Shown in pieces: positions 31,281 through 41,304 of a stretch of 64,000 nucleotides of DNA; position 1 is the stretch's first letter; the number at the start of each line of letters is the position of its first letter. A program made the translations under genes and the position numbers. The stretch spans positions 5,377-69,376 of the forward strand of contig CAJUKK010000012.1 in the NCBI GenBank assembly GCA_910586985.1, read 5' to 3'. Source of the stretch: an uncultured Christensenellaceae bacterium (lineage in GTDB: Bacteria; Bacillota; Clostridia; Christensenellales; Borkfalkiaceae). The notes beneath the pieces were generated by a model. The model saw only the letters and a program-made list of their open reading frames with translations. It had not been told where the DNA came from and made no database searches.

Positions 31281-34200
31281 TTACATCTCAATTTCGCGAC
31301 ACTGGAGAATATTTACGATGATCGCTTTGACAGTCCGCTCCTCGATCTTCCGGATACGCGCGACCGCTTTTTTGTAAAGATTGATTTGCGCTGCATAATC
31401 GCGCCGGATACGCGCATCGTCGTGAGAAGAAAATTTATAGTCGATGATCGTCGTTCCGTCCGCTCCCTCGGCAAGAAGATCGATCGCGCCCTGAAACACG
31501 ACTTCGTCCCCGCCGCCCGCGTTAAAAATTTCCTCGGCGGGCAACGAAACAAGAAATTGCTGTTCCCGCAAGAGCGTTTTCCCCGCAAGCGATCTGAAAC
31601 AGGGCATATCCAAAATCTCGGCAAGTTTTTCTTTGTCGAGAAGCCGTGCGCTTTCGGGCGTCAATATCCCCGCCTCGCACATGCGGCCGTACTCCGTTGC
31701 CGCATCCTTCGAAAAATCAACGTACTGTAAAAACAGATGGTACGCCGTACCCGTGTCGGCAGTGGGCGTTAACCCGCCCGTCTTTTCGCCGTAATGCATA
31801 GCCGGACGCATGCGCTGCATGAGCTCGGTCGCCGAGCTTTTAACGGGTAACGCACAGCTCTCCTTTGCAGGATAATCCCGGCACAGAACGGCGGTAATTG
31901 CCGCCTCCAGCTTTTCGTCCGCGCGTGATTCCATCGCAGGTCGCTCGGCGGCATCAGGCAGAATTTCCCCGTCTTCGCAGAACAGACGACTAAGCGCGGA
32001 AAAATCGAAGAAGTCGGAAAACCGTTTCGCAAAACGGGGCGCGGGCGCGCGCGGGCAATCTCCGAAAAACAGATGCAGACGGTACATGGCGCGCGTCATT
32101 GCAACGTATAAGAGATTGAGTTCCTGTTTGAGTTCCTCGCGCTCCTCGTAAATTGCCGACGCGCGGCGCAAAACGGTGTCGTAAATCAGTTTTTTTTCAA
32201 CCGAAAAACTACGGGGAGCGACTCCGAATTTTTCGGTAAACACAACTTCGCCGTGTTCCGCGCCGTGGAACGGTACGTCGAGACTTGCAAGCATAACAAC
32301 GGGATATTCGAGTCCTTTGGATGCATGCATCGTGAGCACTTTGACGGCGTTCTCTCCTCCGCCCTCCGAAAAGTCGATTTTATATCCCGAACGGGCGAGA
32401 CGCATTAAAAATTCATGCACGCTCCCCTCTGCCTCGGCGACGAGACGGCGCACGCGCATCAGCCGCTTGGCGCCGTGTTGCTTTGCTGCGATCTCCGTCT
32501 CCAACCCTGCGGAAAGCAACTTTAAAAGCACGCTGCGGGCGGTGGAAACGAGTGCAAAGAGACGCAACTCTTCCGTCTTTTGAAAGAATATCCGAAGTCT
32601 CTTCGAAAGTTCGTCGTCCATCTTGTTTTGATCCGCATAGAACTTACACGCCGCGCGGAACGTCGGTGCGGACGGGAAACGCAAACGGATTTTCGTCAGA
32701 TCGTCCTCGACAAACCCGCCGACCGCGGAGAGCATCGCCCCTGCAAGCGGAATATCCTGCTCCGCATTGTCGAGATAGGAGAGCCAATCCACGATGAGCC
32801 GCGCCTCCCAGAAATCGAAGATATTCACCTTCGCCGCCGTGGTAACGGGGATCCCTTGGCGCGCGAGCGCGGCTACGACCCGCTCCATGTCGCCCGTATT
32901 CTTACGTACCAGAACGGCGATATCGCGCCAATCCACCGTTTTGACAAGACCTGCGTCCGCGTCGAAATATTCGCTGCCGCGCTCTGCGCGGATTGCTCTT
33001 ACAATGCATTCCGCCTGTGCGTCCGTCTCCGTCGCGCCCGTATGCGCAAGCACGGAATAGACGGTCTCGGGAGGAGTCTTTTCCTTTACTTCTTTCGGAA
33101 TGCGATGAAACACCGTTCCGCCGTCGTGCCCCGCGTACCGTTCGCTGCCGAGCATCGGCTCCCGCACATAAATCACGTCGGAAGTCTCCTCCGTCATCGC
33201 GCGGGAAAATACAAGATTGACCGTATCCAATACGCCCATGCCGCTACGGAAATTTTTGGTAAGCAAGAGCGCATGCTCGAACGACTTAAACTTATCCGCA
33301 AAAAACTTGGAGCGACTGCCGCGGAACCCGTAAATCGACTGTTTCATGTCTCCGACGAGAAATACGTTTTCCGAGCAGATTTTTGATAAAATACCGTCCT
33401 GCGCGGGATTCACGTCCTGATATTCGTCTACAAACACATACCTGTATTTTTCCCTTACCGCCGCGCAGGCGTCCTCCTGTTCCAGAACTTTCAAGGCGTA
33501 ATGCTCGAGATCGTCGTAGTCCAAAACGCCCGCCTCGCGCTTGGATTGCGTATAAACGTCGTCATACGAAAGAACCAGACCGGCAAGCGCTGCGGCGCGG
33601 CTCTGTCCGTCGAGATAACGTGCGTATTCGATCTCGTAATTCTCGTATTTTTGCAGTTTTTTATATAATTCCTTCACCCCCGCCGAAAGCGAAGAAAGCT
33701 GTTTTAAATTTTTCAGCCGCTCCCCCGTCGCCTTGGTCGAGGGCGGGCAGGGAGGGATCGGCGGGGTGATTTCCGCAGCCGCGACAATCGCGAACAGATC
33801 GCCGTGTAAAAGCGCGGACGCAGCCGCCATGACCGCTTTGCTCACGTTCTGCGCACGTTCGCTTTCCTCGGAAAATTCGTTAAAAAGCTCTTCGGCGCAA
33901 TCGAAATAATACTGCGCCTCGTTATGATATGCGGCGGCAAGGTATTCACATACACACCCAAATTCGTCGCTCCCCGCAGACGCAAGCCGGACGCGGTAAT
34001 CGCTCATACCGCGTACCGCGCCATATATTTCCTTTACGATATCGCGCAATTTTGCGTCCTTTTTGCGGCGGAAGTAAACGGAGAGAAGACTCCTGAGTTT
34101 CTCGCTCTCTTCCTCGTAAAGCGTTTCAAACACCTCGTCCATTGCGCGCGCCGAAAGCATTTTTCCGTCGGCATCGTCGGGCGAAATCACGCGGAAAGCG

Positions 34201-34562
34201 GGATCGACGTCCGCTAAGTAAAAATTCGAACGAACGAGCCTCGCACAAAACGCATGAATGGTACTGATATCAGCGAGCGGCAAAGCGTTAAGCTGTCCGA
34301 CGAGACGTTCTCTCTCGCTCCCTTGCGCAGTCTTTAACCGCTCGGTAAGAGCGCCGCGCAATTTTTCACGCATCTGCGCCGCCGCTTTATTGGTGAACGT
34401 AACGGCAAGAATACTGCGGATATCTCCGCCCTCTTCTACTATGAGTTTTACAAGACGTTCGATCATTACCTTCGTCTTGCCGCTGCCCGCCGAAGCGGAA
34501 ACGATAACGCGCCCTTCCTCGTTGATAGCGCGGATTTGTTGCTCGGTAAACGTAACGCCCAT
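31281..34562 (-). CDS. addA: ATP-dependent helicase/nuclease AddA
   Basis: 1093 aa. UvrD-type motif I SASAGSGKT and C-terminal RecB-type nuclease GAIDLL...IIDYKFS. Adjacent to addB. Confidence 0.92.
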   Translation of the reverse strand: MGVTFTEQQIRAINEEGRVIVSASAGSGKTKVMIERLVKLIVEEGGDIRSILAVTFTNKAAAQMREKLRGALTERLKTAQGSERERLVGQLNALPLADISTIHAFCARLVRSNFYLADVDPAFRVISPDDADGKMLSARAMDEVFETLYEEESEKLRSLLSVYFRRKKDAKLRDIVKEIYGAVRGMSDYRVRLASAGSDEFGCVCEYLAAAYHNEAQYYFDCAEELFNEFSEESERAQNVSKAVMAAASALLHGDLFAIVAAAEITPPIPPCPPSTKATGERLKNLKQLSSLSAGVKELYKKLQKYENYEIEYARYLDGQSRAAALAGLVLSYDDVYTQSKREAGVLDYDDLEHYALKVLEQEDACAAVREKYRYVFVDEYQDVNPAQDGILSKICSENVFLVGDMKQSIYGFRGSRSKFFADKFKSFEHALLLTKNFRSGMGVLDTVNLVFSRAMTEETSDVIYVREPMLGSERYAGHDGGTVFHRIPKEVKEKTPPETVYSVLAHTGATETDAQAECIVRAIRAERGSEYFDADAGLVKTVDWRDIAVLVRKNTGDMERVVAALARQGIPVTTAAKVNIFDFWEARLIVDWLSYLDNAEQDIPLAGAMLSAVGGFVEDDLTKIRLRFPSAPTFRAACKFYADQNKMDDELSKRLRIFFQKTEELRLFALVSTARSVLLKLLSAGLETEIAAKQHGAKRLMRVRRLVAEAEGSVHEFLMRLARSGYKIDFSEGGGENAVKVLTMHASKGLEYPVVMLASLDVPFHGAEHGEVVFTEKFGVAPRSFSVEKKLIYDTVLRRASAIYEEREELKQELNLLYVAMTRAMYRLHLFFGDCPRAPAPRFAKRFSDFFDFSALSRLFCEDGEILPDAAERPAMESRADEKLEAAITAVLCRDYPAKESCALPVKSSATELMQRMRPAMHYGEKTGGLTPTADTGTAYHLFLQYVDFSKDAATEYGRMCEAGILTPESARLLDKEKLAEILDMPCFRSLAGKTLLREQQFLVSLPAEEIFNAGGGDEVVFQGAIDLLAEGADGTTIIDYKFSSHDDARIRRDYAAQINLYKKAVARIRKIEERTVKAIIVNILQCREIEM

Positions 34563-34563
34563 C

Positions 34564-37500
34564 TTATTCCCCCTTTTCGCGCTTTACGATTTTCGCAATA
34601 TCCGCACATTTGACGGCGCTCTCTTTGCGCTGCGCCCCGTCGTAACCGCACAAGCTCTTTAATTTGCAATAGGCGCACGCGCCCTCATAGGGCGACGGCG
34701 CGATATTTCCCGCACGCATTTCTCCTTCCGCTTTTGCCGAAACAAGCAGCGCATAGTCGAGAAACGCCTCGAAATCGCTTTCGCTCATACCCTTGTCGGA
34801 ATATTTTCCGTCGCGTTTTCCTTCGAACAGCGCGCTCTTTTCCCCCTCTGCGATCGTCGTATCGTGCAGGGATATGACCGCATCCTCGCCGTTGTAAAAG
34901 CCAAGCATTTTATATTTGTTTTCGTCGGGTTTCGTGAAATTATCCGCTGCGGGAAAATAAAAAGCCCCCGCAGCTTTCTTTCCCGACGACACGCCGCGCA
35001 GATACAACTCAAGCTGCAATTTCCGTCCCGTATAATAAGCCGACGGCTTATCGTCGATACTGCCCGTCTTATAGTCGATCACACGCACATAGCCGTCCGT
35101 CTCGTCCACACGGTCCGTCTTGCCGCGGAGTCGAAGTTCGGGCAGTTCGACCGTCTCTTCCGTTCCGCGTATCCTGAATGCCGAACAGATAAGCTGACGG
35201 TACGCAGCAGCCGTAACCTCGGCGCCTTCCTCCACCAGACGATCGCCCGTATATTTGCCCTGTTTCGTATCCGTCAAAGCCGAAAACCGAGGACTTGCAA
35301 GCAGTTTTTCTCCCGTTGCGCGCGCAAAAGCGCGGCACTCCTCCTCCGATCCGAATCGGTCGAATTCTCTTGCTGACGTCTCCAATACGGAGTGAACGAA
35401 CGTGCCCGCATCGCTGTCGAGCACGGTGCGCTCCTCCCGCTCGACAAGTTTCAGTCCGCGCTTGCAAAAGCTTGCGTACGGGCACTCGAAATACTGTTCG
35501 AGGAGCGTGGGCGATATGCGGTCGCCCGAAAAATACAGCGATTCGCCCCATGCGGTGCTCTTTGAAGTTGCGGACAGCAATTTGTCTAAATTGCCTCTGT
35601 CGGCATTTTGCTCCCGCCCGCGCAAAATCTTGGAAAGCGTGGAATAGAGCGCGATATCGTCTGACGCGCCCGTAGAATATGCCTGTCGGCTCTCCAGAAG
35701 TTTGACGCGGGCAGGCGTCTCTTCACAGCAATTATAGGGGAATACCGCGGGCATGGGAGGCATGCAAAATATTTTTTCGCAATCGGAAAGAATCTCCGAG
35801 CGGTTAGTCTCCTCCCCGCGGTTTTTTAACGGATAACTCAGATACAGCCGCTCTTCAAACGCGCAGAGATTGAGCGCGAGACTCTCCCGCGAACGAGCGT
35901 TGACCTTGGCGATAGCGGGTTCGATCTCCACCTTTAAATCGCTCAACCGATCGATCTCGCGGTCGCTGATGACCGCAGTATCCGTTGCGGCGCGCGGCAG
36001 AGCGTCGGTAAGTCCCGTCGCAAACAGAATGCGGGCGCGGGAAAATTTGCTCTCGGTCGCGTCGCCGATAAATACCGCGTCAAGATACTTGGGGATCATG
36101 GAAATTTCCAGCGACTTGGCTCCGCTCAAAAAAAGATCGGAAAATTCTTTTGCCGTAAACACGCGTTCGCCGGCAACCGCATCGATTTCATCCAAAATAC
36201 CCGAAAGCGGCGCAATGCGCAAAAATTCGGAAAGCGCGCCCTCGGTGCGGCTCACCAATTCTTCCGTTACCCGCTCGCCGTCAACTGCAACAAAGAGCGC
36301 GCGGACGGCGGCAGTATATGCATTCGCCTTCGCACGTTTTTGAAAGAGTCCCAATAAACCGAGCATCCGATCACGGCACAACAAAAGGTTATCACGACGC
36401 ATGCTCTTTAACTGCGTCTCGTCTTTGATTTCACGTTTTACCGCCCCCCGAAAACCGCCGAATTTCAACAGATAGTTGCGGTAATCGTCCGATTCTCCAA
36501 AGTAAACGTTTGCCGCAACGTCGTCTATCGAGGAAGGCAATCCGCCGTCCGCCGTCGCCGCCAGAAGACTGAGCACAAACGCGCAAAACGGATGTTCGGA
36601 AAAAGGACGCTTTTCATCCGCAAAATATGGAATTTTAAAATTATCAAACGCATGCGCCATAACGGGAAACGCCGAGCAATCGGGCACTAGCACAACGCAG
36701 TCGCGGTATCTGCCGTTCTCCTCTATGACGTATTTTTTTATGAGCGCGGCAACCGTCTCCGCTTCCCGCCCCTCGTCTTCGGCGGAAAAAGCGCATACCT
36801 GCGAAGCCGGCTCTTGCCCGAGGCGGTAACTCTCCGCCGAAAACAGCCGTTCGCTTAATATAAGCGCGTCTCCCGCAAGCGAGGATTTCATCTGGCGCGC
36901 GCTCACTTCGCCGTACTCTTCGGCGATCCGCTTAAAAACGCCCGCCGATTCGTTCGTATAAAACCGTTCGCGCTTGCCCGCGACAAATATCCCCGTAACG
37001 GACGCATTTTCTATCGCCGCGCGAACGCCCTCCTGCGCCTGTTTGGTAAAAGACGGAAAACCGAAAAAGAATATCTCCGTGCGATACAAATTCGCACCCT
37101 CGCCCGCGATCTTCTCGGGCAACAACCCAAGATATCCGTTCTCGTCCACCAGCTCGTTTTCCTTTAAGAACAAGACGTACTTTTCAAGAAGAAAAGCAAG
37201 ATCTGAAAGTTTCTTCTTTAAAATGCCGTCCGTAGACAACGCGCTCTCACGCAACATCTCCGCATTCACGCACGATGCGGAAAGCTGCGCAATGGTCTCG
37301 TATACCGCCTGCGCCGCCCCGCGCCTGAAACAACTCAGTTCATCGGCGTATACGTCGATCAGTTCGCTGAGTTTGATTACGGAACCCTGCTTGCTCAGAA
37401 CGCGCGCGCTACCCGAAAGATAACGGGCGAACGTCGTCACTTCGCTCAAAAAGCTCCCGCCGACCGCGTCGAGCACGGCTCGCTCGCAAAGAAGCGTGAG

Positions 37501-37614
37501 TCTGTCCTCGCAAAAAATCAGATTGCGTATTTGTTTTTCCTCGTTCCGGCGAACGCGCTCGGATAAAATGGAGAGCGCGTCGAAGAGCGTCGGCGCGCCG
37601 ATCACTTGCGTCAT
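34564..37614 (-). CDS. addB: Helicase/nuclease subunit AddB (Walker A degenerate)
   Basis: Trimmed to Met15. C-terminal nuclease GKTDRVD...VIDYKTG plus Fe-S cysteines (FECPYASFC ... CAYCKLKSLC). I found no GxxxxGK[ST] motif anywhere in the protein. Confidence 0.88.
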   Translation of the reverse strand: MTQVIGAPTLFDALSILSERVRRNEEKQIRNLIFCEDRLTLLCERAVLDAVGGSFLSEVTTFARYLSGSARVLSKQGSVIKLSELIDVYADELSCFRRGAAQAVYETIAQLSASCVNAEMLRESALSTDGILKKKLSDLAFLLEKYVLFLKENELVDENGYLGLLPEKIAGEGANLYRTEIFFFGFPSFTKQAQEGVRAAIENASVTGIFVAGKRERFYTNESAGVFKRIAEEYGEVSARQMKSSLAGDALILSERLFSAESYRLGQEPASQVCAFSAEDEGREAETVAALIKKYVIEENGRYRDCVVLVPDCSAFPVMAHAFDNFKIPYFADEKRPFSEHPFCAFVLSLLAATADGGLPSSIDDVAANVYFGESDDYRNYLLKFGGFRGAVKREIKDETQLKSMRRDNLLLCRDRMLGLLGLFQKRAKANAYTAAVRALFVAVDGERVTEELVSRTEGALSEFLRIAPLSGILDEIDAVAGERVFTAKEFSDLFLSGAKSLEISMIPKYLDAVFIGDATESKFSRARILFATGLTDALPRAATDTAVISDREIDRLSDLKVEIEPAIAKVNARSRESLALNLCAFEERLYLSYPLKNRGEETNRSEILSDCEKIFCMPPMPAVFPYNCCEETPARVKLLESRQAYSTGASDDIALYSTLSKILRGREQNADRGNLDKLLSATSKSTAWGESLYFSGDRISPTLLEQYFECPYASFCKRGLKLVEREERTVLDSDAGTFVHSVLETSAREFDRFGSEEECRAFARATGEKLLASPRFSALTDTKQGKYTGDRLVEEGAEVTAAAYRQLICSAFRIRGTEETVELPELRLRGKTDRVDETDGYVRVIDYKTGSIDDKPSAYYTGRKLQLELYLRGVSSGKKAAGAFYFPAADNFTKPDENKYKMLGFYNGEDAVISLHDTTIAEGEKSALFEGKRDGKYSDKGMSESDFEAFLDYALLVSAKAEGEMRAGNIAPSPYEGACAYCKLKSLCGYDGAQRKESAVKCADIAKIVKREKGE

Positions 37615-37765
37615 TGGTACCGTCTCCGTTTTCGTATTTCTTTCATTATAACACACATTTCACAAAAATTTCTCGTTTTTAAGAGCTTTTGTTTTTACAA
37701 TTGCAAAAAAATATGCTATAATATACGTTGTTGAGCTTAAAGCGAAACATAATACGGAGTCAACC

Positions 37766-38755
37766 ATGAAAAAATCATATCTTGGCGGTGTTCTACTCCT
37801 CGTCCCCGCGTTATTGTTAACGGGATGCGGCGGCGGTACGAATACCCTGTCGATCAGCGCCAATTGGTACCGTGATACGGGATTGAGCGATCAGATTAGT
37901 CAAACGTACGAAAAACTTGAATATACCGTCGCATTCCAGCCTGCGGAAACAAACAACGAATTTAAAGCGGAATACGAAGCGGGCACATATACGACGGAGC
38001 TGAAAAGCGAACGCCGCGCCCTTTCGGACGGGACACAGGAACTTTTGTACGTGCTTTCGACCTCGTTTGAAATCAGCGGTAAATTTATTTTAAACGGTTC
38101 GGCCAGCGAACAATTTACCGACACCATCGAATGCACTACCGTGTTCCATAACGCACGCGCGCAATTAAAACCGGTGCGCAGCGAAAAAACAATCAAAAGT
38201 CACGCACCAAACTCGCAGACGCCGAGCACGCTCGAAAGCGCGTTTTCGAGTTATCATTACTCTTTGATTACCGAATATACGGACACGCTCGACAGCTTAA
38301 AGACGACTTATACCGATCTTTCGAAAGAAGACGCCGAACCAATCGAAAACGAGTACAAAATCGACGTGAACGGCACTTATCTCGACAATGAAGAAATTTT
38401 GTTTGCGCTCCGCGGACTTAACCTTGCATCAAGCAATTTCTTTTATTCGTTCAACTCCTCCAAACGCGCAATCGAGCCGCTGACGACGGGCACGGCAGAA
38501 TCGGAAGACCTGCTTGTAAAAAGCCTCTCCATCGACGGCGGTGAGGCGGCGGAAACGACGATTCCCTGCTATAAGGTGGCACTCGGATATCAGAGTTCGA
38601 ATCCGGGCAACACGCAGACGCTCTGGTACGCAAAAACGGTCAATCCCACCGCAAACACCTACCGCAACGTGCTTGCATATATGGAAGTCCCCGTGATGTA
38701 CAATTTAGGTACGCTCTGCTACACGTTAAAGGCGGCGCAGTTTACTACAAAATAA
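37766..38755 (+). CDS. Putative lipoprotein
   Basis: Signal peptide with lipobox LLLTGCGGG. 329 aa with no recognised domain. Confidence 0.65.
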   Translation: MKKSYLGGVLLLVPALLLTGCGGGTNTLSISANWYRDTGLSDQISQTYEKLEYTVAFQPAETNNEFKAEYEAGTYTTELKSERRALSDGTQELLYVLSTSFEISGKFILNGSASEQFTDTIECTTVFHNARAQLKPVRSEKTIKSHAPNSQTPSTLESAFSSYHYSLITEYTDTLDSLKTTYTDLSKEDAEPIENEYKIDVNGTYLDNEEILFALRGLNLASSNFFYSFNSSKRAIEPLTTGTAESEDLLVKSLSIDGGEAAETTIPCYKVALGYQSSNPGNTQTLWYAKTVNPTANTYRNVLAYMEVPVMYNLGTLCYTLKAAQFTTK

Positions 38756-38766
38756 ATCAAAACATC

Positions 38767-38808
38767 AAATCTGCACCCGACTGCTATGGCAGTCGGGCGC
38801 AGATTTTA
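38767..38808 (+). terminator. Intrinsic terminator
   Basis: 18-bp stem (one mismatch) AAATCTGCACCCGACTGC / GCAGTCGGGCGCAGATTT followed by a T-run. Confidence 0.7.
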
Positions 38809-38859
38809 CTTTAAACAACGAACGGCTGTTCTCGCAAAAGTATTATTCGTCGATACCGT

Positions 38860-39411
38860 TTAATTCTTTTCTCTGTCGCAAAAAAATCTGTCGATTATTT
38901 CGGCAATTTTACTTTTATAAATAACATTCTGATTCCCTGACGCAAAACACAGCGGCGGATATACAACACACCACCAATTATCGCCCACACCCGTGCCGAG
39001 CTCGAGGATCAAAGCATCGTACACTCCCGCGGTCAGCGTTACGCCGTCGTATATGCGGGTAGGAAATTCTTCTTTTCGGATACTCGCCCGAGCACCGTAC
39101 GAATAGCCGTTTTCACGCAGAACCTCTTCCGCCACTCTTTCCGCGTCTTTGAGTTTTGCGCCGATTTTTTGTATTGCTTCGTCTTTCGTTGCGCAATCGG
39201 CGACGGTAGGCGTTAAAAAGGCAACAACTCGGTCGCGCACCATATATTTTACGCTTTGATCCTCTTTGGAATTGGAGTTTGCGCGGATATGCACACGAAG
39301 ATAAGCCGCCTGTTCCCCCGTCGCCTGCACACTATTTTCCGCATTGCCGAAAATAAGTGCAAGTCCCGCGATAAACGATATCAGCAAAACGCAAACTATA
39401 AATTTTTTCAT
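38860..39411 (-). CDS. spoIIR: Stage II sporulation protein R
   Basis: LRVHIRANSNSKEDQSVKYMVRDRV and WWCVVYPPLCF motifs, with a signal anchor. ATG at 39411. Confidence 0.88.
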   Translation of the reverse strand: MKKFIVCVLLISFIAGLALIFGNAENSVQATGEQAAYLRVHIRANSNSKEDQSVKYMVRDRVVAFLTPTVADCATKDEAIQKIGAKLKDAERVAEEVLRENGYSYGARASIRKEEFPTRIYDGVTLTAGVYDALILELGTGVGDNWWCVVYPPLCFASGNQNVIYKSKIAEIIDRFFCDREKN

Positions 39412-39417
39412 AAACAC

Positions 39418-39446
39418 ATAACCTCCGCTTTTTACACGGAGGTTAT
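39418..39446 (-). promoter_or_regulatory. Perfect 10-bp hairpin enclosing the spoIIR Shine-Dalgarno
   Basis: Minus-sense AUAACCUCCG-GUGUAAAAAG-CGGAGGUUAU. The 3-prime arm contains GGAGG, 10 nt upstream of the ATG. Confidence 0.5.
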
Positions 39447-39586
39447 TGACTTATGAAATTATTTTTATACCTGTCAATTTTTTAAATCGCAATCGCCCAT
39501 ATCCTCGATTACTGAACTTTATTCCCGATTCGAAAGAATACAGCTTTTATTTCAGGTACCGATTCTTATCTTTGTGCTCATCGGTT

Positions 39587-40687
39587 TTAATTTTTTCGCG
39601 CGCAAAACGTCCCTTCGATCACACCGCCGCCGAGACACTGCGTTTCGTCATAAAATACCGCGTACTGTCCTTCCGTCACTGCGCGTTGCGGCTCGTCGAA
39701 ATGGACGGTAAGCGTATTTTCGCCTGTTCTGAGTACGCGAACCCGTTGCTCGCTCTGGCGATAACGGAATTTCGCATAGCAGCGGTAATCATTCTCCTTT
39801 CGCGGAAACGGAATAAAATTGACGCCTGAAACGTAACATCCGTCCGAATACAGCGGACGCTCGTCGCCGTGGGAAACGTATAAAACGTTTTTTTTTAAGT
39901 CCTTTCTGACGACAAACCATCTGCCGTCCTCGCCTTTTCTGCCGCCGAGATCGAGTCCGCGGCGCTGACCGATCGTATAATACATCAGCCCGAAATGCTC
40001 GCCGACAAGCTCTCCTTCCAACGAGCGAATTTCACCGCGCCGAGCAGGCAGATATTCCTGTAAAAATTTGCGAAAATTTCGTTCGCCAATAAAACAAATG
40101 CCCGTTGAGTCCTTCTTTTTTGCCGTTGCAAGACCGTTTTCTTCAGCAATTTTTCTTACTTCCGCTTTTTCAAGATCGGCAAGCGGAAAGATCACGCCTT
40201 CCAACTGCTCTTGTGAAAGTTGATTCAAAAAGTAAGTCTGATCCTTGTTCTGATCTTTGGCTTTTATCAAACGGTGCACGTCGCCTTCGTGCGAAATACC
40301 GCAATAATGCCCCGTAGCGATAAAGTCCGCGCCGAGACTGTTTGCATACTGTTTAAACGGACCGAATTTAATCTCACGGTTGCAGAGCACGTCGGGATTC
40401 GGCGTTCTGCCCGATTTATACTCGGAAAGAAAGTACGAAAAGACGCGATCCATATACTCTTTAGTAAAATTAACGGTATAATAGGGAATATCAAGCAATC
40501 CGCACACACGCTTAACATCCTCGAAATCTTCAGCCGCCGTACAAACACCGTTTTCATCCGACTCTTCCCAATTACGCATAAACAGACCGATCACACGGAA
40601 ACCTTGATTTTTGAGCAATAACGCCGCCACAGAACTATCTACCCCGCCGCTCATTCCGACAACGACCGTCTTTCCGTCTTTCGACAC
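39587..40687 (-). CDS. mnmA: tRNA 2-thiouridine(34) synthase
   Basis: 366 aa with PP-loop VVVGMSGGVDSSVAA and conserved Cys residues. Confidence 0.92.
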   Translation of the reverse strand: MSKDGKTVVVGMSGGVDSSVAALLLKNQGFRVIGLFMRNWEESDENGVCTAAEDFEDVKRVCGLLDIPYYTVNFTKEYMDRVFSYFLSEYKSGRTPNPDVLCNREIKFGPFKQYANSLGADFIATGHYCGISHEGDVHRLIKAKDQNKDQTYFLNQLSQEQLEGVIFPLADLEKAEVRKIAEENGLATAKKKDSTGICFIGERNFRKFLQEYLPARRGEIRSLEGELVGEHFGLMYYTIGQRRGLDLGGRKGEDGRWFVVRKDLKKNVLYVSHGDERPLYSDGCYVSGVNFIPFPRKENDYRCYAKFRYRQSEQRVRVLRTGENTLTVHFDEPQRAVTEGQYAVFYDETQCLGGGVIEGTFCARKN

Positions 40688-40805
40688 AGTTTCTCTCCCT
40701 TGTCAAAAAATTTTCTTACATTTTAACACATTTACGCGAAAATATAAAGCATTTTTAAAAAATATATGCTATAATATCTATAAAGGCAATATACTTACAT
40801 TTTTT

Positions 40806-40882
40806 GCACTCGTAGCGCAATTGGATAGCGTGTCAGCCTCCGACGCTGAAGGTTGTGAGTTCGATCCTCGCCGGGTGCACCA
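40806..40882 (+). tRNA. tRNA-Arg (anticodon CCG), CCA encoded
   Basis: Hand-folded cloverleaf: acceptor GCACTCG/CGGGTGC, D arm GCGC-AATTGGATA-GCGT, anticodon stem TCAGC/GCTGA with loop CTCCGAC, T arm GTGAG-TTCGATC-CTCGC, discriminator A, then CCA. Confidence 0.9.
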
Positions 40883-40887
40883 AAAAT

Positions 40888-40919
40888 AAAATCCGACGGT
40901 AAGTCGGATTTTATTTTTT
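40888..40919 (+). terminator. Intrinsic terminator after the tRNA
   Basis: AAATCCGAC-GGTAA-GTCGGATTT followed by a T-run. Confidence 0.7.
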
Positions 40920-41015
40920 ATGGTATATTCAGGAAACAGTTTTCAACAATGCTGAACTTAAACAAAATCTTTTAATATTTGGCTACGGTAAAAAATCTTT
41001 GTTCCCTGATTAATA

Positions 41016-41050
41016 AAAGAATGGGATTTTAAATAAAATCCCATTCTTTT
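41016..41050. terminator. Palindromic (bidirectional) terminator
   Basis: AAAGAATGGGATTTT-AAAT-AAAATCCCATTCTTT, directly after the stop of the small ORF at 41051. Confidence 0.65.
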
Positions 41051-41182
41051 TTAAAGATCGTCTGCGTCCTGCACAGGTATCTCATATTCGTTATCGACGC
41101 ATATACCCGTATAACTGCCAAACGCATCGTCCTCAGAGCCCATATCCGCGCCCTGTTTCAGATCTTTTTTGTTGCGTTTCAT
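41051..41182 (-). CDS. Small acidic ORF (43 aa), translationally coupled
   Basis: Hand translation gives MKRNKKDLKQGADMGSEDDAFGSYTGICVDNEYEIPVQDADDL. Its ATG shares a base with the upstream TAA (TAATG). Below the ORF-track cutoff. Confidence 0.4.
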   Translation of the reverse strand: MKRNKKDLKQGADMGSEDDAFGSYTGICVDNEYEIPVQDADDL

Positions 41183-41304
41183 TACTCGCAATCCTTAGAT
41201 CTCTTCGACTGCTTGTCCGCATTGGACGAGCAATTTTTAATGTTTTTCGTGTTGTTTGCGCTATTTTTTGCGCTGTTGTTAGCCTTGTTATTCGTCTTTT
41301 TCAT
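41182..41304 (-). CDS. Small basic N/K/S-rich ORF (40 aa), translationally coupled
   Basis: Hand translation gives MKKTNNKANNSAKNSANNTKNIKNCSSNADKQSKRSKDCE. Its ATG overlaps the rubrerythrin stop (ATGA). Confidence 0.4.
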   Translation of the reverse strand: MKKTNNKANNSAKNSANNTKNIKNCSSNADKQSKRSKDCE

